Positions 7,225-16,956 are shown, numbered from the stretch's first letter. The stretch: 32,000 bases of DNA from Flavobacteriaceae bacterium (GCA_965224465.1 OZ245049.1:900001-932000), one strand, 5' to 3'. A program made the numbers and translations. Notes: generated by a model not told the origin, from the sequence alone.

Positions 7225-8922
7225 ATGTTAAAAAAACTAATTGCTATTTTGTTTTTGTTTGGATTACAAACACACGTATTGAGTATTAATTCTTTCATTT
7301 TAAAACAGCAATCTATTGATACTATTACTCCTGTAAAGAATATAAAAAAACAACTGACACCCAAAGAGATAAAGGATCTTAAGATTACAAATGTTGATTT
7401 TAATACCGCTACTTGTTTTCAACTTATGAAAGGAGTTATATTCAATGCAGGAGATAAGAAACCAATGTACGACGTACATATAATTCTCAGCTTAGATAAT
7501 AAGATCTCACAAGAAGTAATTACGAATAAAACAGGCCGCTTTACGCTCAAACTTTTATGCAACAAAACCTATGATTTAAAGATTAAAAAAACTGGATTTG
7601 AAGACCAGTTTATCACTTTTAAATCGGACATAAAATCAAATACTACTATTAAAAAAGATTTTCTACTTCAAGGCGCTTATTGTTACCAAACAATAAGTGG
7701 TAACATCACTTCATCAAAAGAACGATCCTTTATAAATAACGTTACGGTAAGCCTCCTCCAGAACAACCAAGTTATAAAAACGGTTCAAACCTTAGAAGAC
7801 GGCACCTATTCTTTTAGCTTAGATTGTTCTAAATCTTACACTATAAAAGCAATAAAAGACAGTTTTCACGGCAACTCCATATCATTTAACACATCCCTAG
7901 TGCCACAAACTGCATTGGTAAAACACATCCAACTAAAAAAAATAGATTGCTATAAAACAATATCAGGAACTGTTTTAACTAAACAATTAAAAAAGACAAA
8001 AAACCTTAATCATTTAGATGTAAGCATTGGGGAATTAAACCCACTGGTGGGATTAAAAAATGTGGAGGTTTCAATTTCTAAAGATGGGGAGCAAATCAAA
8101 TCTAGTCAGACAAATTCGAATGGCACATTTACATTCACTATTCCCTGTAATTCTACTTACACTTTAGGCTTAAAAAAAGAAAACTACAATGTGGTTAGTA
8201 AAAAAATTGAAATAAATTCCGACAAAAAAGAAACACAACACTTTGACATACAACTCTCCAAAAAAAAATGCATGCAAATATTAAGTGGGGTTGTCAAAAA
8301 CTCAAAAAACCAAGCAGGAGAATCAAATGTGCTATTAAAACTCCTAAATAACAACCTTGTTATTTCTAAAACCACAAGCGCTACAGACGGTAGTTATACC
8401 TTTAAAACAGATTGCTACAAATCTTATAAAGTAACTGCGTCAAAAAAGAATTTTACTGTTGGTATACAGTATTTTGTTGCTGAAAAAAAACACAATGCTA
8501 CAATCAAAAAAATAATAAAAATAAATCCTCTAAAGGAAATTACATACATCAAAGGCTCACAAAATCTAAAGCTAAACCCAAACAACTTAACCTTTATCTT
8601 AAATAAAAAGGACCTGACTGATGCCCTTATTAAAGAATTGAGAAAGGTGATAATCTTAATGAAAAAAAATACTTCTATAAAACTAGAAATTAAAGTTCAT
8701 ACTGATAGTAGAGCTGATGACAACTTAAACATGACATTGTCTAAACAAAGAGCAGAAACCATATTTGACTACCTAACTACTAGAGGAGTTCCTAAAGAAA
8801 GACTCGCAACGGATGGCTATGGAGAAACACAGCTACTCAATAAGTGTGCTAACGGAGTAAAATGCAGTAATTTTGAACATCTGAAAAATAGAAGAATTGA
8901 TTTTATTGTGACCGATAAATAA
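7225..8922 (+). CDS. OmpA-family protein with four CarboxypepD_reg-like repeats
   Basis: Signal peptide MLKKLIAILFLFGLQTHVLS. Four repeats of about 90-100 aa follow, each framed by two Cys (C.Q.ISG ... G.F.F.L.C...Y). The C-terminal OmpA/peptidoglycan-binding domain reads HTDSRADDNLNMTLSKQRAETIFDYL..GYGETQLLNKC..NRRIDF. Confidence 0.85.
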   Translation: MLKKLIAILFLFGLQTHVLSINSFILKQQSIDTITPVKNIKKQLTPKEIKDLKITNVDFNTATCFQLMKGVIFNAGDKKPMYDVHIILSLDNKISQEVITNKTGRFTLKLLCNKTYDLKIKKTGFEDQFITFKSDIKSNTTIKKDFLLQGAYCYQTISGNITSSKERSFINNVTVSLLQNNQVIKTVQTLEDGTYSFSLDCSKSYTIKAIKDSFHGNSISFNTSLVPQTALVKHIQLKKIDCYKTISGTVLTKQLKKTKNLNHLDVSIGELNPLVGLKNVEVSISKDGEQIKSSQTNSNGTFTFTIPCNSTYTLGLKKENYNVVSKKIEINSDKKETQHFDIQLSKKKCMQILSGVVKNSKNQAGESNVLLKLLNNNLVISKTTSATDGSYTFKTDCYKSYKVTASKKNFTVGIQYFVAEKKHNATIKKIIKINPLKEITYIKGSQNLKLNPNNLTFILNKKDLTDALIKELRKVIILMKKNTSIKLEIKVHTDSRADDNLNMTLSKQRAETIFDYLTTRGVPKERLATDGYGETQLLNKCANGVKCSNFEHLKNRRIDFIVTDK

Positions 8923-9206
8923 GCAATCATTACACAAAAACGTATGATTTTGACCCCCATTATATGTTTAGTAAATTTCACTAAATTAGAGATACAATAA
9001 CTTGGACACAAACCCATCAAATACATTACAAGCTATTTGTAAAAATAGCTTGCCATAGCAAAGGCTATATTAGGCTATTTTAACTATTTAGTATAAAATA
9101 TAATTCCATATAAATATACGGGTTTAACAACTTAAATAGACATAAGACCCAAACAAATCTCGCATTAATAAAGGATTAAAAACTATCTTAGCAAAAAAAA
9201 CAAAAA

Positions 9207-9659
9207 ATGAGAATTACTGCCCTTATCCTATTAACCCTCTTTATAAGCAATTGTTCTAGTAGCAAATCAAGTACAGTAGCCAAGTCTACAAAAATCAATT
9301 TCGAACCTATCATCCAAGAAACTCAAGGAGGATTTGCAATGGCAAAATTCTTGATTATAAAAGAAGAAAATACGGTCATAAACATCTACAATCAGATCAA
9401 TAAAATACACACTCCCGGTTTTAAGATCCCTACAATAGATTTTAACAAAAAAATGCTCATCGCTCTTTTTATGGGAGAAAAAAATACTGGTGGCTTTCAT
9501 ATTTCTGTTGACCATATACTAAGATCTTCTAATAAAACAACAGTATTCGTCAAAGAAACAGCACCTCAAGGAATGGCAACCATGACCATTACATCACCTT
9601 TTTGCTTTGTTCTTGTAGATAAAAGCGACTCCAAAATTATTTTCAAAAAAACACAATAG
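9207..9659 (+). CDS. lipoprotein, PrcB-C-terminal-domain-like
   Basis: The lipobox LFISNC and the central IALFMGEKNTGGFHISVDHI resemble PrcB_C family proteins of Flavobacteriia. The family assignment comes from memory of similar proteins. Confidence 0.55.
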   Translation: MRITALILLTLFISNCSSSKSSTVAKSTKINFEPIIQETQGGFAMAKFLIIKEENTVINIYNQINKIHTPGFKIPTIDFNKKMLIALFMGEKNTGGFHISVDHILRSSNKTTVFVKETAPQGMATMTITSPFCFVLVDKSDSKIIFKKTQ

Positions 9660-9745
9660 CACAACTATTGTTCTCTTTTCTAAAGCAAAAAGAAAGACTT
9701 GATTTTACATTGGTCATTTTAAACAGGAGTTTAAAACAATGCATG

Positions 9746-9824
9746 ATACCAATTAAAATCCAACATAACCGATATAGATCGTTTATTTTATTTTATTTTA
9801 CGTTCTAGCGTTATTAAAAAACAA
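9746..9824 (+). repeat. intergenic mosaic repeat, module M1 only
   Basis: ATACCAATTAAAATCCAACATAACCGATATAGATCG...TTACGTTCTAGCGTTATTAAAAAACAAG carries a 10-nt (ATTTT)x2 expansion. It ends at the same breakpoint where M2 is missing in the 2941 copy. Confidence 0.85.
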
Positions 9825-9828
9825 GTTA

Positions 9829-9872
9829 GAAAAAAAGCTGCTATTTTATAACAAAATAGCAGCTTTTATTTT
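9829..9872. terminator. bidirectional rho-independent terminator between convergent genes
   Basis: Perfect 13-bp stem AAGCTGCTATTTT (9835-9847) / AAAATAGCAGCTT (9853-9865) with an A-run upstream and T-rich sequence downstream. Confidence 0.85.
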
Positions 9873-9887
9873 ATAACAAAAAAGAGT

Positions 9888-10541
9888 CTAGTTTCCTTTT
9901 TCTGCATCTTTTAAAAACTGTGCCAATCCACTATCTGTTAAAGGATGTTTAAACAATCCATCAATTGCTTTTAAAGGTCCCGTCATTACATCTGCGCCAA
10001 TCTTAGCGCAATCCATAATATGCATGGTATGACGTACAGATGCAGCTAAAATTTGAGTTTCGAATCCATAAACATCATAAATATGTCTAATTTCAGCAAT
10101 CAATCCTAAACCGTCCGTAGAAATATCATCCAAACGACCAATAAACGGAGACATATAAGTAGCTCCTGCTTTCGCAGCTAACAATGCTTGCCCTGCAGAG
10201 AAAATTAACGTACAATTGGTTTTAATTCCTTTATCAGAAAAATATTTAATAGCTTTAATCCCTTCTTTAATCATTGGGATTTTCACTACAATCTGAGGAT
10301 GTAAGGCAGCCAATGCTTCCCCTTCTTTTACCATCCCATCAAAATCAGTTGAAATAACTTCTGCGCTCACATCACCCTCTACTAAATTACAAATAGCCAC
10401 GTAGTGATTCAAAATATTTTGTTGCCCAGTAATGCCTTCTTTAGCCATTAATGAAGGATTGGTAGTTACTCCGTCCAAGATACCTAAGGCTTGTGCTTCT
10501 TTTATCTGATCTAGATTTGCAGTATCAATAAAAAATTTCAT
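9888..10541 (-). CDS. fsa: fructose-6-phosphate aldolase / short (type 3B) transaldolase
   Basis: MKFFIDTANLDQIKEAQALGILDGVTTNPSL and the 217-aa length are characteristic of the family. Confidence 0.9.
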   Translation of the reverse strand: MKFFIDTANLDQIKEAQALGILDGVTTNPSLMAKEGITGQQNILNHYVAICNLVEGDVSAEVISTDFDGMVKEGEALAALHPQIVVKIPMIKEGIKAIKYFSDKGIKTNCTLIFSAGQALLAAKAGATYMSPFIGRLDDISTDGLGLIAEIRHIYDVYGFETQILAASVRHTMHIMDCAKIGADVMTGPLKAIDGLFKHPLTDSGLAQFLKDAEKGN

Positions 10542-10615
10542 AGTTGTGTAGTTTTGTATAAATTAGTTAGCATCAGAATTCTAAATGCCAGTTCGTTGCA
10601 AAAATAGTCAAATGA

Positions 10616-11419
10616 TTACAATTTATAGTGATTCATCAATAATTTTTCATACCAAGTATCTGGTAAAATACGTTTTAAGACAATGGAAAATTTTTGAATA
10701 AAATCTCCAACTTTATAATGGATTTTAGGTGATTTTTCTTCTAAGATAGCACCAATAGCTTTTGCCATTATTTTAGGATCATTACCTCCATCCACATGTG
10801 CATTCATAAGGTCTAAATTTAATTGATAAGAAGCTTCATAAGGCGAATTTCTAAGTACGGGAGCATGGTAACGTCCCGCAGCAATATTGGTTGCAAAATC
10901 TCCTGGAGCAACATTTGTAATATGAATTCCAAATTGTTTTACTTCCATTCGCAAAGCTTCTGTCACTAATTCTAGTGCTCCTTTAGACGCAGAATAAATA
11001 CCACGAAAAGGCAATCCCATATAGCCCGCAATAGACGTCACATTCACAATAACCCCTGATTTTTGAGAACGCATTTGCGGTAAAACTGCTTTCATTACAT
11101 CAATAGCACCAAAAAAATTGGTATCAAACAAACGACGCATTTCATCCGTGTCTGTTTCTTCTATAGGCCCCGTAATTCCCATACCAGCATTGTTAATTAA
11201 CACATCCAGTCTCCCTTCATTTTTTATGACCGTTGCAACGGCACTTGCAATAGTAGACTGTTTCCTAACATCCAAAGAAACTAATGGAAAAGGATGATTT
11301 TCTATACGACTGGCATCTCTACTTGTCCCATAGACCTTAAATCCTTTAATTGTTAAATATTCTCCGACTGCTTTTCCTATTCCAGAAGACCCTCCAGTAA
11401 TTAACACTACTTTACACAT
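10616..11419 (-). CDS. SDR-family oxidoreductase
   Basis: TGGSSGIGKA cofactor motif, NNAG, and the catalytic YSASK (YxxxK). Confidence 0.9.
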   Translation of the reverse strand: MCKVVLITGGSSGIGKAVGEYLTIKGFKVYGTSRDASRIENHPFPLVSLDVRKQSTIASAVATVIKNEGRLDVLINNAGMGITGPIEETDTDEMRRLFDTNFFGAIDVMKAVLPQMRSQKSGVIVNVTSIAGYMGLPFRGIYSASKGALELVTEALRMEVKQFGIHITNVAPGDFATNIAAGRYHAPVLRNSPYEASYQLNLDLMNAHVDGGNDPKIMAKAIGAILEEKSPKIHYKVGDFIQKFSIVLKRILPDTWYEKLLMNHYKL

Positions 11420-11529
11420 GTTATTTTTTGATTTAGATAAAACGTAAAATTATGGATTTTAATTTGTTTTTAAAGAATAAGTTCATCCAAGTTTTTCAAA
11501 GAAAAAACCAACTAAGAAAGGATGCCATC

Positions 11530-11558
11530 TAAAAACAAGAAAGACGCTAAAAGCGTCT
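11530..11558 (-). terminator. rho-independent terminator of the SRP RNA gene
   Basis: The minus strand reads AGACGC-UUUUA-GCGUCU followed by UUCUUGUUUUU. Confidence 0.75.
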
Positions 11559-11561
11559 AAA

Positions 11562-11659
11562 AAATGGCAAGCGACCTACATCACACCGCTACAACCTAAT
11601 ACCCTTGCTGCGTTCCCGCCCTGGGGGATTCAAAGGGAGCTAGTTGTGTAGGACTTGCC
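11562..11659 (-). ncRNA. ffs: signal recognition particle RNA (small, 4.5S type)
   Basis: The only GC-rich island in its 416-nt gap. The minus strand folds into one long helix, GGCAAGUCCUACA... pairing with ...UGUAGGUCGCUUGCC. The apex CCAGGGCG-GGAA-CGCAGCAAGGGUA carries the conserved GNAR tetraloop and the AGCA domain IV motif. A promoter box and a terminator flank it. Confidence 0.8.
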
Positions 11660-11663
11660 GTGG

Positions 11664-11671
11664 CAAATGTA
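11664..11671 (-). promoter_or_regulatory. -7 promoter box TACATTTG for the SRP RNA
   Basis: Exact TAnnTTTG match on the minus strand. A TTG lies 19 nt further upstream. The predicted start falls on the first G of the SRP helix, near 11659. Confidence 0.6.
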
Positions 11672-11805
11672 CAACCCTATTTCGTAATTACAACTAAAAA
11701 AACGCAAATATTTTGTAACATTTTCAACAAAATAAACACTAATATTTTGCAGCGCTCATTTTCTGCAACTTAGCGAAAAAACAAGGCTGCTTTTATTTAA
11801 TTAAT

Positions 11806-11813
11806 TATATTTG
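11806..11813 (+). promoter_or_regulatory. -7 promoter box TATATTTG
   Basis: Exact TAnnTTTG match 22 nt upstream of ATG 11836, the first gene of a four-gene co-directional block. Confidence 0.55.
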
Positions 11814-11835
11814 ACCAAACTTTAAAAAACCTATT

Positions 11836-12369
11836 ATGAAAAACATTATTAAAAAGACAGGAACAACATACGGATTAATTCTTGGATTTATCTTATCCCT
11901 AATAACATTATATGCATTTGTTATCGATAGCACTGTACTTACAAAATGGTGGTTAGTTTTACTAGTTCCGTTCTTTTCTGCGATCATTTTAGGACTCTTA
12001 GCAATCGGAACAGTAAAGAAAAAACTTGATGGTTTCATAAGCTTTAAAGAAGGTTTTACAGCATATTTTGTTATGATTGCTTTAGGTCTTTTTATTGCTA
12101 CAATGGTAAATATCTTAATCTATAATGTAGTTGCACCCGAATTTAAAGAAACCGTAAAAGAACAACAAATTGTAAAGACAACAGAAATGATGGAGAGTTA
12201 CAATGTCCCTTATGACCAGATTGACGAAGCAATCGAAAAAATGAGAGAAGGAGATAGCATGTCTGTATCAAAACAAATGCTTTCTTATGTTATAGGTTTA
12301 GCAATTTACGCTATCTTTGGTCTATTATTAGCACTGATACTAAAACGAAATAAACCAGAATTTGAATAA
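11836..12369 (+). CDS. DUF4199 family membrane protein
   Basis: 177 aa with several transmembrane segments. The YGLILGFILSLIT N-terminus and the position directly upstream of a GT2 gene are typical of Bacteroidota DUF4199 genes. Confidence 0.65.
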   Translation: MKNIIKKTGTTYGLILGFILSLITLYAFVIDSTVLTKWWLVLLVPFFSAIILGLLAIGTVKKKLDGFISFKEGFTAYFVMIALGLFIATMVNILIYNVVAPEFKETVKEQQIVKTTEMMESYNVPYDQIDEAIEKMREGDSMSVSKQMLSYVIGLAIYAIFGLLLALILKRNKPEFE

Positions 12370-13336
12370 CCAACACACACACATATCTGTTGTGATTCCT
12401 CTTTTAAACGAGGAAGAATCACTTCCTGAATTATATGATTGGATTGCACGTATTATGCAATCCAATCATTATTTATACGAAGTAATTTTTATTGATGATG
12501 GTAGTACCGATACTTCGTGGAATATCATTCAGCAATTAAGCAAAAAACACACAGAAGTAAAGGGAATAAAATTCCAGAAAAATTACGGAAAATCCCAAGC
12601 ATTAAATGCTGGATTTAAAATAGCCAAAGGCGATGTTATTATCACTATGGACGCTGATTTACAAGACAGCCCAGATGAAATACCAACACTCTACAAGGCA
12701 ATTACAGAAAAAGATTACGACCTAGTTTCTGGTTGGAAAAAGAAACGCTACGATTCTAAAATTCGTAAAAACATCCCTTCAAAGCTCTTTAATTGGGCTG
12801 CCAGAAAAACTTCTGGACTGGAGCTTAACGACTTTAATTGTGGATTAAAAGCCTACAAAAACGAAGTTATTAAAACCGTAGATGTCTATGGGGAAATGCA
12901 TCGATATATCCCTGTATTGGCAAAAAACGAAGGGTTTAATAAAATTGGAGAACAAATAGTACAGCATCAAGCTCGAAAATATGGAGTCACCAAATTTGGT
13001 ATCGACCGATTTATCAATGGCTTTTTGGATTTAATAACCATTTGGTTTTTATCAAAATTCGGAAAACGTCCAATGCACCTTTTCGGACTGCTAGGAACAC
13101 TTATGTTTTTATTTGGTTTCCTTGCCGCAGGTATTATAGGGGTTTCAAAAACATACAAATTAGCCCAGGGAATTCCATCTATTTTAATCACAAACAACCC
13201 TTGGTTTTATATCGCCCTATCTACTATGGTAATTGGAACTCAGTTCTTTTTAGCAGGATTTTTAGGCGAAATTATTTTACGTACAAAAAAAGACGTAAAA
13301 AGGTATACTATATCAGAAAACAGTAACATTAATTAG
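12362..13336 (+). CDS. family 2 glycosyltransferase, polyprenol-phosphate glycosyltransferase type (GtrB/ArnC/DPM1-like)
   Basis: ISVVIPLLNEEE, IFIDDGSTD and MDADLQD (DxD) motifs, with two C-terminal transmembrane helices. The TTG start at 12362 overlaps the upstream stop by 8 nt, and there is no in-frame ATG near the N-terminus. Confidence 0.85.
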   Translation: MNNQHTHISVVIPLLNEEESLPELYDWIARIMQSNHYLYEVIFIDDGSTDTSWNIIQQLSKKHTEVKGIKFQKNYGKSQALNAGFKIAKGDVIITMDADLQDSPDEIPTLYKAITEKDYDLVSGWKKKRYDSKIRKNIPSKLFNWAARKTSGLELNDFNCGLKAYKNEVIKTVDVYGEMHRYIPVLAKNEGFNKIGEQIVQHQARKYGVTKFGIDRFINGFLDLITIWFLSKFGKRPMHLFGLLGTLMFLFGFLAAGIIGVSKTYKLAQGIPSILITNNPWFYIALSTMVIGTQFFLAGFLGEIILRTKKDVKRYTISENSNIN

Positions 13337-13366
13337 CCTTATATTTGTAGGCTTAAACAGATATTT

Positions 13367-15082
13367 ATGAGTACAATTATAAACGAAGCCACCAAATGGC
13401 TAAGTGCACCTTTTGATGCAGAAACACAGCAAGAAATTCAACAACTTATAGATAATGATCCAGATCAATTGACAGATCGCTTTTATAAAAATATGGAATT
13501 TGGTACTGGAGGAATGCGCGGTGTTATGGGGGCAGGAATCAACCGCATTAATAAATACACCTTAGGAAAAGCAACACAAGGATTGGCAAACTACATGAAA
13601 ATTGCATTTCCAAACAGGGATTTAAAAGTTGCTATTGCTTATGATTGTCGCCATAACAGTCAAAAATTCGCTAAATTAGTAGCGGACGTATTTTCAGCAA
13701 ATGGCATTTACGTATATCTGTTTGACAGCTTACGCCCTACTCCAGAATTATCGTTTACCGTAAAACATTTGGACTGCGATGCAGGTATTGTACTCACCGC
13801 TTCTCATAACCCACCAGAATACAATGGCTATAAAGTATATTGGAAAGACGGCGGACAAATAGTTCCCCCAGAAGACCACAATATAATCCATCAAGTAAAC
13901 GCTTTGGAATTTTCAGAAATTAATTTTGAAGCCAATGAAAGTCTGATTGAGATTATAGGAAAAAAAGTAGATGAAGTATTTATTTCTTCTGCCGTAAAAA
14001 ACGGTTCTTTTAACGCCAAAGGCAAGGACAAATTAAAAGTAGTATTTACATCTCTTCACGGTACCTCTATTGTATCAATACCAGAAGCTTTAGAGAGAGC
14101 TGGCTATGCCGATGTACATATCGTAGAAGAACAACGTGTTCCCAACGGAGACTTCCCAACCGTAGTTTCTCCGAACCCAGAAGAACCTGAAGCCTTAAAA
14201 ATGGCAACAGATTTAGCAAACAAAATAGGTGCTGACATCGTCATAGGAACGGATCCAGACTGTGATAGACTTGGAATTGCCGTACGTAATACAGAAGGAG
14301 AATTAGTCTTGATGAACGGAAACCAGACCATGTGTATGATGACTGATTTCTTGATTAAAAAATGGCAAGAAGCTGGACGTTTAAATGGAAAACAATTTGT
14401 AGGATCTACCATTGTTACTACAAGTATGGTGCGTGCTATTTCTGAAAGTTATGGCGTAGAAACCAAGGTGGGACTGACAGGTTTTAAATGGATTGCAAAA
14501 ATGATTCGTGATGCAGAAGGCAGTCAGGAATTTATAGGTGGTGGTGAAGAAAGTTTTGGATATATGGTAGGCGATTTTGTACGTGATAAGGATGCTGTAA
14601 CTGCAACCCTACTCGCTTGTGAAATTGCAGCAGATGCCAAAGCTAATGGAAGTTCTTTTTACGAAGAATTACTACAGTTATACACCAAACATGGTTTTTA
14701 CAAAGAACGATTAATTTCCATCGTTAAAAAAGGAATTCACGGCGCAGATCAAATCTCCAAGATGATGATTGAATTACGTGAAAACCCATTAAAAACAATA
14801 GATGGCTCTATCGTAAATTACATTGAAGACTACGATTCATCCATCCGTAAAAACATGCTTACAGGAGAAGAAATAGCAATGACAGTTCCTACATCTAATG
14901 TTTTAATTTATTATACAGAAGATGGAAGTAAAATAGCAGCGAGACCCAGTGGCACCGAACCAAAAATAAAATTCTATTTTAGTGTGAATTTGCCTTTAGC
15001 AGACACTCACAAAACAAAAGAAGTTGAACATCAATTAGATGATAAAATAAAACGTATCATTACAGAAATGAAATTGAACTAA
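13367..15082 (+). CDS. phospho-sugar mutase (phosphoglucomutase/phosphomannomutase family)
   Basis: Active-site loop TASHNPPEYNGYKVY, metal loop GTDPDCDRLG, sugar loop GGEESFG. Confidence 0.9.
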   Translation: MSTIINEATKWLSAPFDAETQQEIQQLIDNDPDQLTDRFYKNMEFGTGGMRGVMGAGINRINKYTLGKATQGLANYMKIAFPNRDLKVAIAYDCRHNSQKFAKLVADVFSANGIYVYLFDSLRPTPELSFTVKHLDCDAGIVLTASHNPPEYNGYKVYWKDGGQIVPPEDHNIIHQVNALEFSEINFEANESLIEIIGKKVDEVFISSAVKNGSFNAKGKDKLKVVFTSLHGTSIVSIPEALERAGYADVHIVEEQRVPNGDFPTVVSPNPEEPEALKMATDLANKIGADIVIGTDPDCDRLGIAVRNTEGELVLMNGNQTMCMMTDFLIKKWQEAGRLNGKQFVGSTIVTTSMVRAISESYGVETKVGLTGFKWIAKMIRDAEGSQEFIGGGEESFGYMVGDFVRDKDAVTATLLACEIAADAKANGSSFYEELLQLYTKHGFYKERLISIVKKGIHGADQISKMMIELRENPLKTIDGSIVNYIEDYDSSIRKNMLTGEEIAMTVPTSNVLIYYTEDGSKIAARPSGTEPKIKFYFSVNLPLADTHKTKEVEHQLDDKIKRIITEMKLN

Positions 15083-16911
15083 TGGAATATTTTAAGAAAA
15101 TATTATCTTTTGCCAAACCCTACAAAAAGTATGCTTGGCTCAATATACTTTTCAATATATTATACGCAGTGTTTAATGTATTGTCTGTATTAAGTTTTAT
15201 CCCTGTACTTGGGATCTTATTTAGCAAAGAAAAAAAAGTTACTGCAGCACCTATATTTGAAGGACTATCCAACATCCCCAAATATCTCCAAGCCGAATTA
15301 AATTATGTGGTTACGAACTTAATAGAAGAAGGCGGTATTGACAAAGCATTGTTTTTTATATGTATTTTATCTTTTAGCCTGTTTTTCTTTAAAAATCTAT
15401 TTCGCTATTTAGCTTCCTATGTCTTAGCGTACTTACGAAATGGAGTTGTAAAAGATTTAAGAGATCATTTATATCATAAAATTGTAGAACTCCCTTTATC
15501 TTATTTTTCAGAAAAGAAAAAAGGAGATATTATTGCAAGGATGACTTCCGATGTACAAGAAGTAGAGATCTCGTTTCTCTCTTCATTAGAAGCTATAGTT
15601 CGAGAACCTCTAACCATAGTGCTTACATTAATTTCTATGTTTGCAATATCCGTTGAACTCACCTTATTTGTTTTTATTTTACTTCCTGTATCAGGTTTTA
15701 TAATTTCAGCTGTTAGCAAAAAGCTAAAAGCCCAATCCATTTTAGCACAACAGGAAAATGGGAATTTTTTATCTTTTATAGAAGAAACACTTACAGGACT
15801 ACGTGTTATCAAAGGGTTTAATGCCGAACATAAAATCGAATCAAAATTCAACGCTTCAACAACAAATTTTTCGAATTTGATGACCAGTGTGATTCAACGC
15901 AAATCAATGGCTTCCCCAATGAGTGAGTTTTTAGGTTCAGCAACCATTATTCTTATTTTATGGTTCGGTGGTAGATTGGTTTTAGGAGAAGAAAGCACGA
16001 TGGAACCTCAAGACTTTTTTGGTTATATCGGCTTGTTTTATTTAGTACTTAATCCAGCAAAAGCTATTTCTTCTGCATTTTACAGCATCCAAAAAGGGAA
16101 TGCATCAGCAGAACGTATCATCAGCATTTTGGAGACAGAAAACACCATTGTAGACAAACCGAATGCTTTGGTAAAAAAATCTTTTGACAGTGAAATAGTA
16201 TTTGATAATATTTCTTTCAAATACAAAGATGAATATGTCTTAAAAAACTTTTCGTTAACCATTCCCAAAGGAAAATCAGTTGCCTTGGTAGGACAATCTG
16301 GAAGTGGGAAATCTACTTTAGCAAATTTAATCACTCGTTTTTACGATGTCAATAAAGGAAACATCACAATAGATGGATTAAACATCAAAGACATTACTCA
16401 AAAATCGTTGAGGAACTTGATGGGAATTGTAACACAAGATTCCATTTTATTTAACGATACTGTTACCAATAATATAAGTCTAAGTGTTGAGAATTCGACG
16501 AAAGAACAAGTAAAAGACGCTGCAATAATTGCGAATGCTCACGAGTTTATCAAAGACCTTCCACTGCAATATGAAACAAATATTGGAGATAGTGGAAACA
16601 CCTTGTCTGGAGGACAAAAACAACGTTTAAGTATTGCTAGAGCTGTCATAAAAAACCCTCCGATTATGATTCTAGACGAGGCTACCTCAGCATTGGATAC
16701 CGAAAGCGAACAACTGGTTCAAGTGGCTTTGGAAAAAATGATGAAGAATAGAACTTCCATGGTTATCGCCCACCGTTTGTCTACCATTCAAAAATCTGAT
16801 TTGATTGTAGTCCTTAAAAAAGGAGCGGTTGTAGAGCAAGGAAAACATGATGAATTACTCGCTAAAAAAGGAGAATACTATAAATTAGTTACCATGCAAT
16901 CACTAGGCTAG
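15082..16911 (+). CDS. ABC transporter, fused permease/ATPase (MsbA-like exporter)
   Basis: Six-helix N-terminal domain, Walker A GQSGSGKST, signature LSGGQKQRLSIARA, Walker B ILDEATSALD. The ATG overlaps the upstream TAA (TAATG). Confidence 0.9.
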   Translation: MEYFKKILSFAKPYKKYAWLNILFNILYAVFNVLSVLSFIPVLGILFSKEKKVTAAPIFEGLSNIPKYLQAELNYVVTNLIEEGGIDKALFFICILSFSLFFFKNLFRYLASYVLAYLRNGVVKDLRDHLYHKIVELPLSYFSEKKKGDIIARMTSDVQEVEISFLSSLEAIVREPLTIVLTLISMFAISVELTLFVFILLPVSGFIISAVSKKLKAQSILAQQENGNFLSFIEETLTGLRVIKGFNAEHKIESKFNASTTNFSNLMTSVIQRKSMASPMSEFLGSATIILILWFGGRLVLGEESTMEPQDFFGYIGLFYLVLNPAKAISSAFYSIQKGNASAERIISILETENTIVDKPNALVKKSFDSEIVFDNISFKYKDEYVLKNFSLTIPKGKSVALVGQSGSGKSTLANLITRFYDVNKGNITIDGLNIKDITQKSLRNLMGIVTQDSILFNDTVTNNISLSVENSTKEQVKDAAIIANAHEFIKDLPLQYETNIGDSGNTLSGGQKQRLSIARAVIKNPPIMILDEATSALDTESEQLVQVALEKMMKNRTSMVIAHRLSTIQKSDLIVVLKKGAVVEQGKHDELLAKKGEYYKLVTMQSLG

Positions 16912-16956
16912 TTTACGGGACTGACTCTTTGAAGCAGGCTTTAAGAAAAATAGAAC

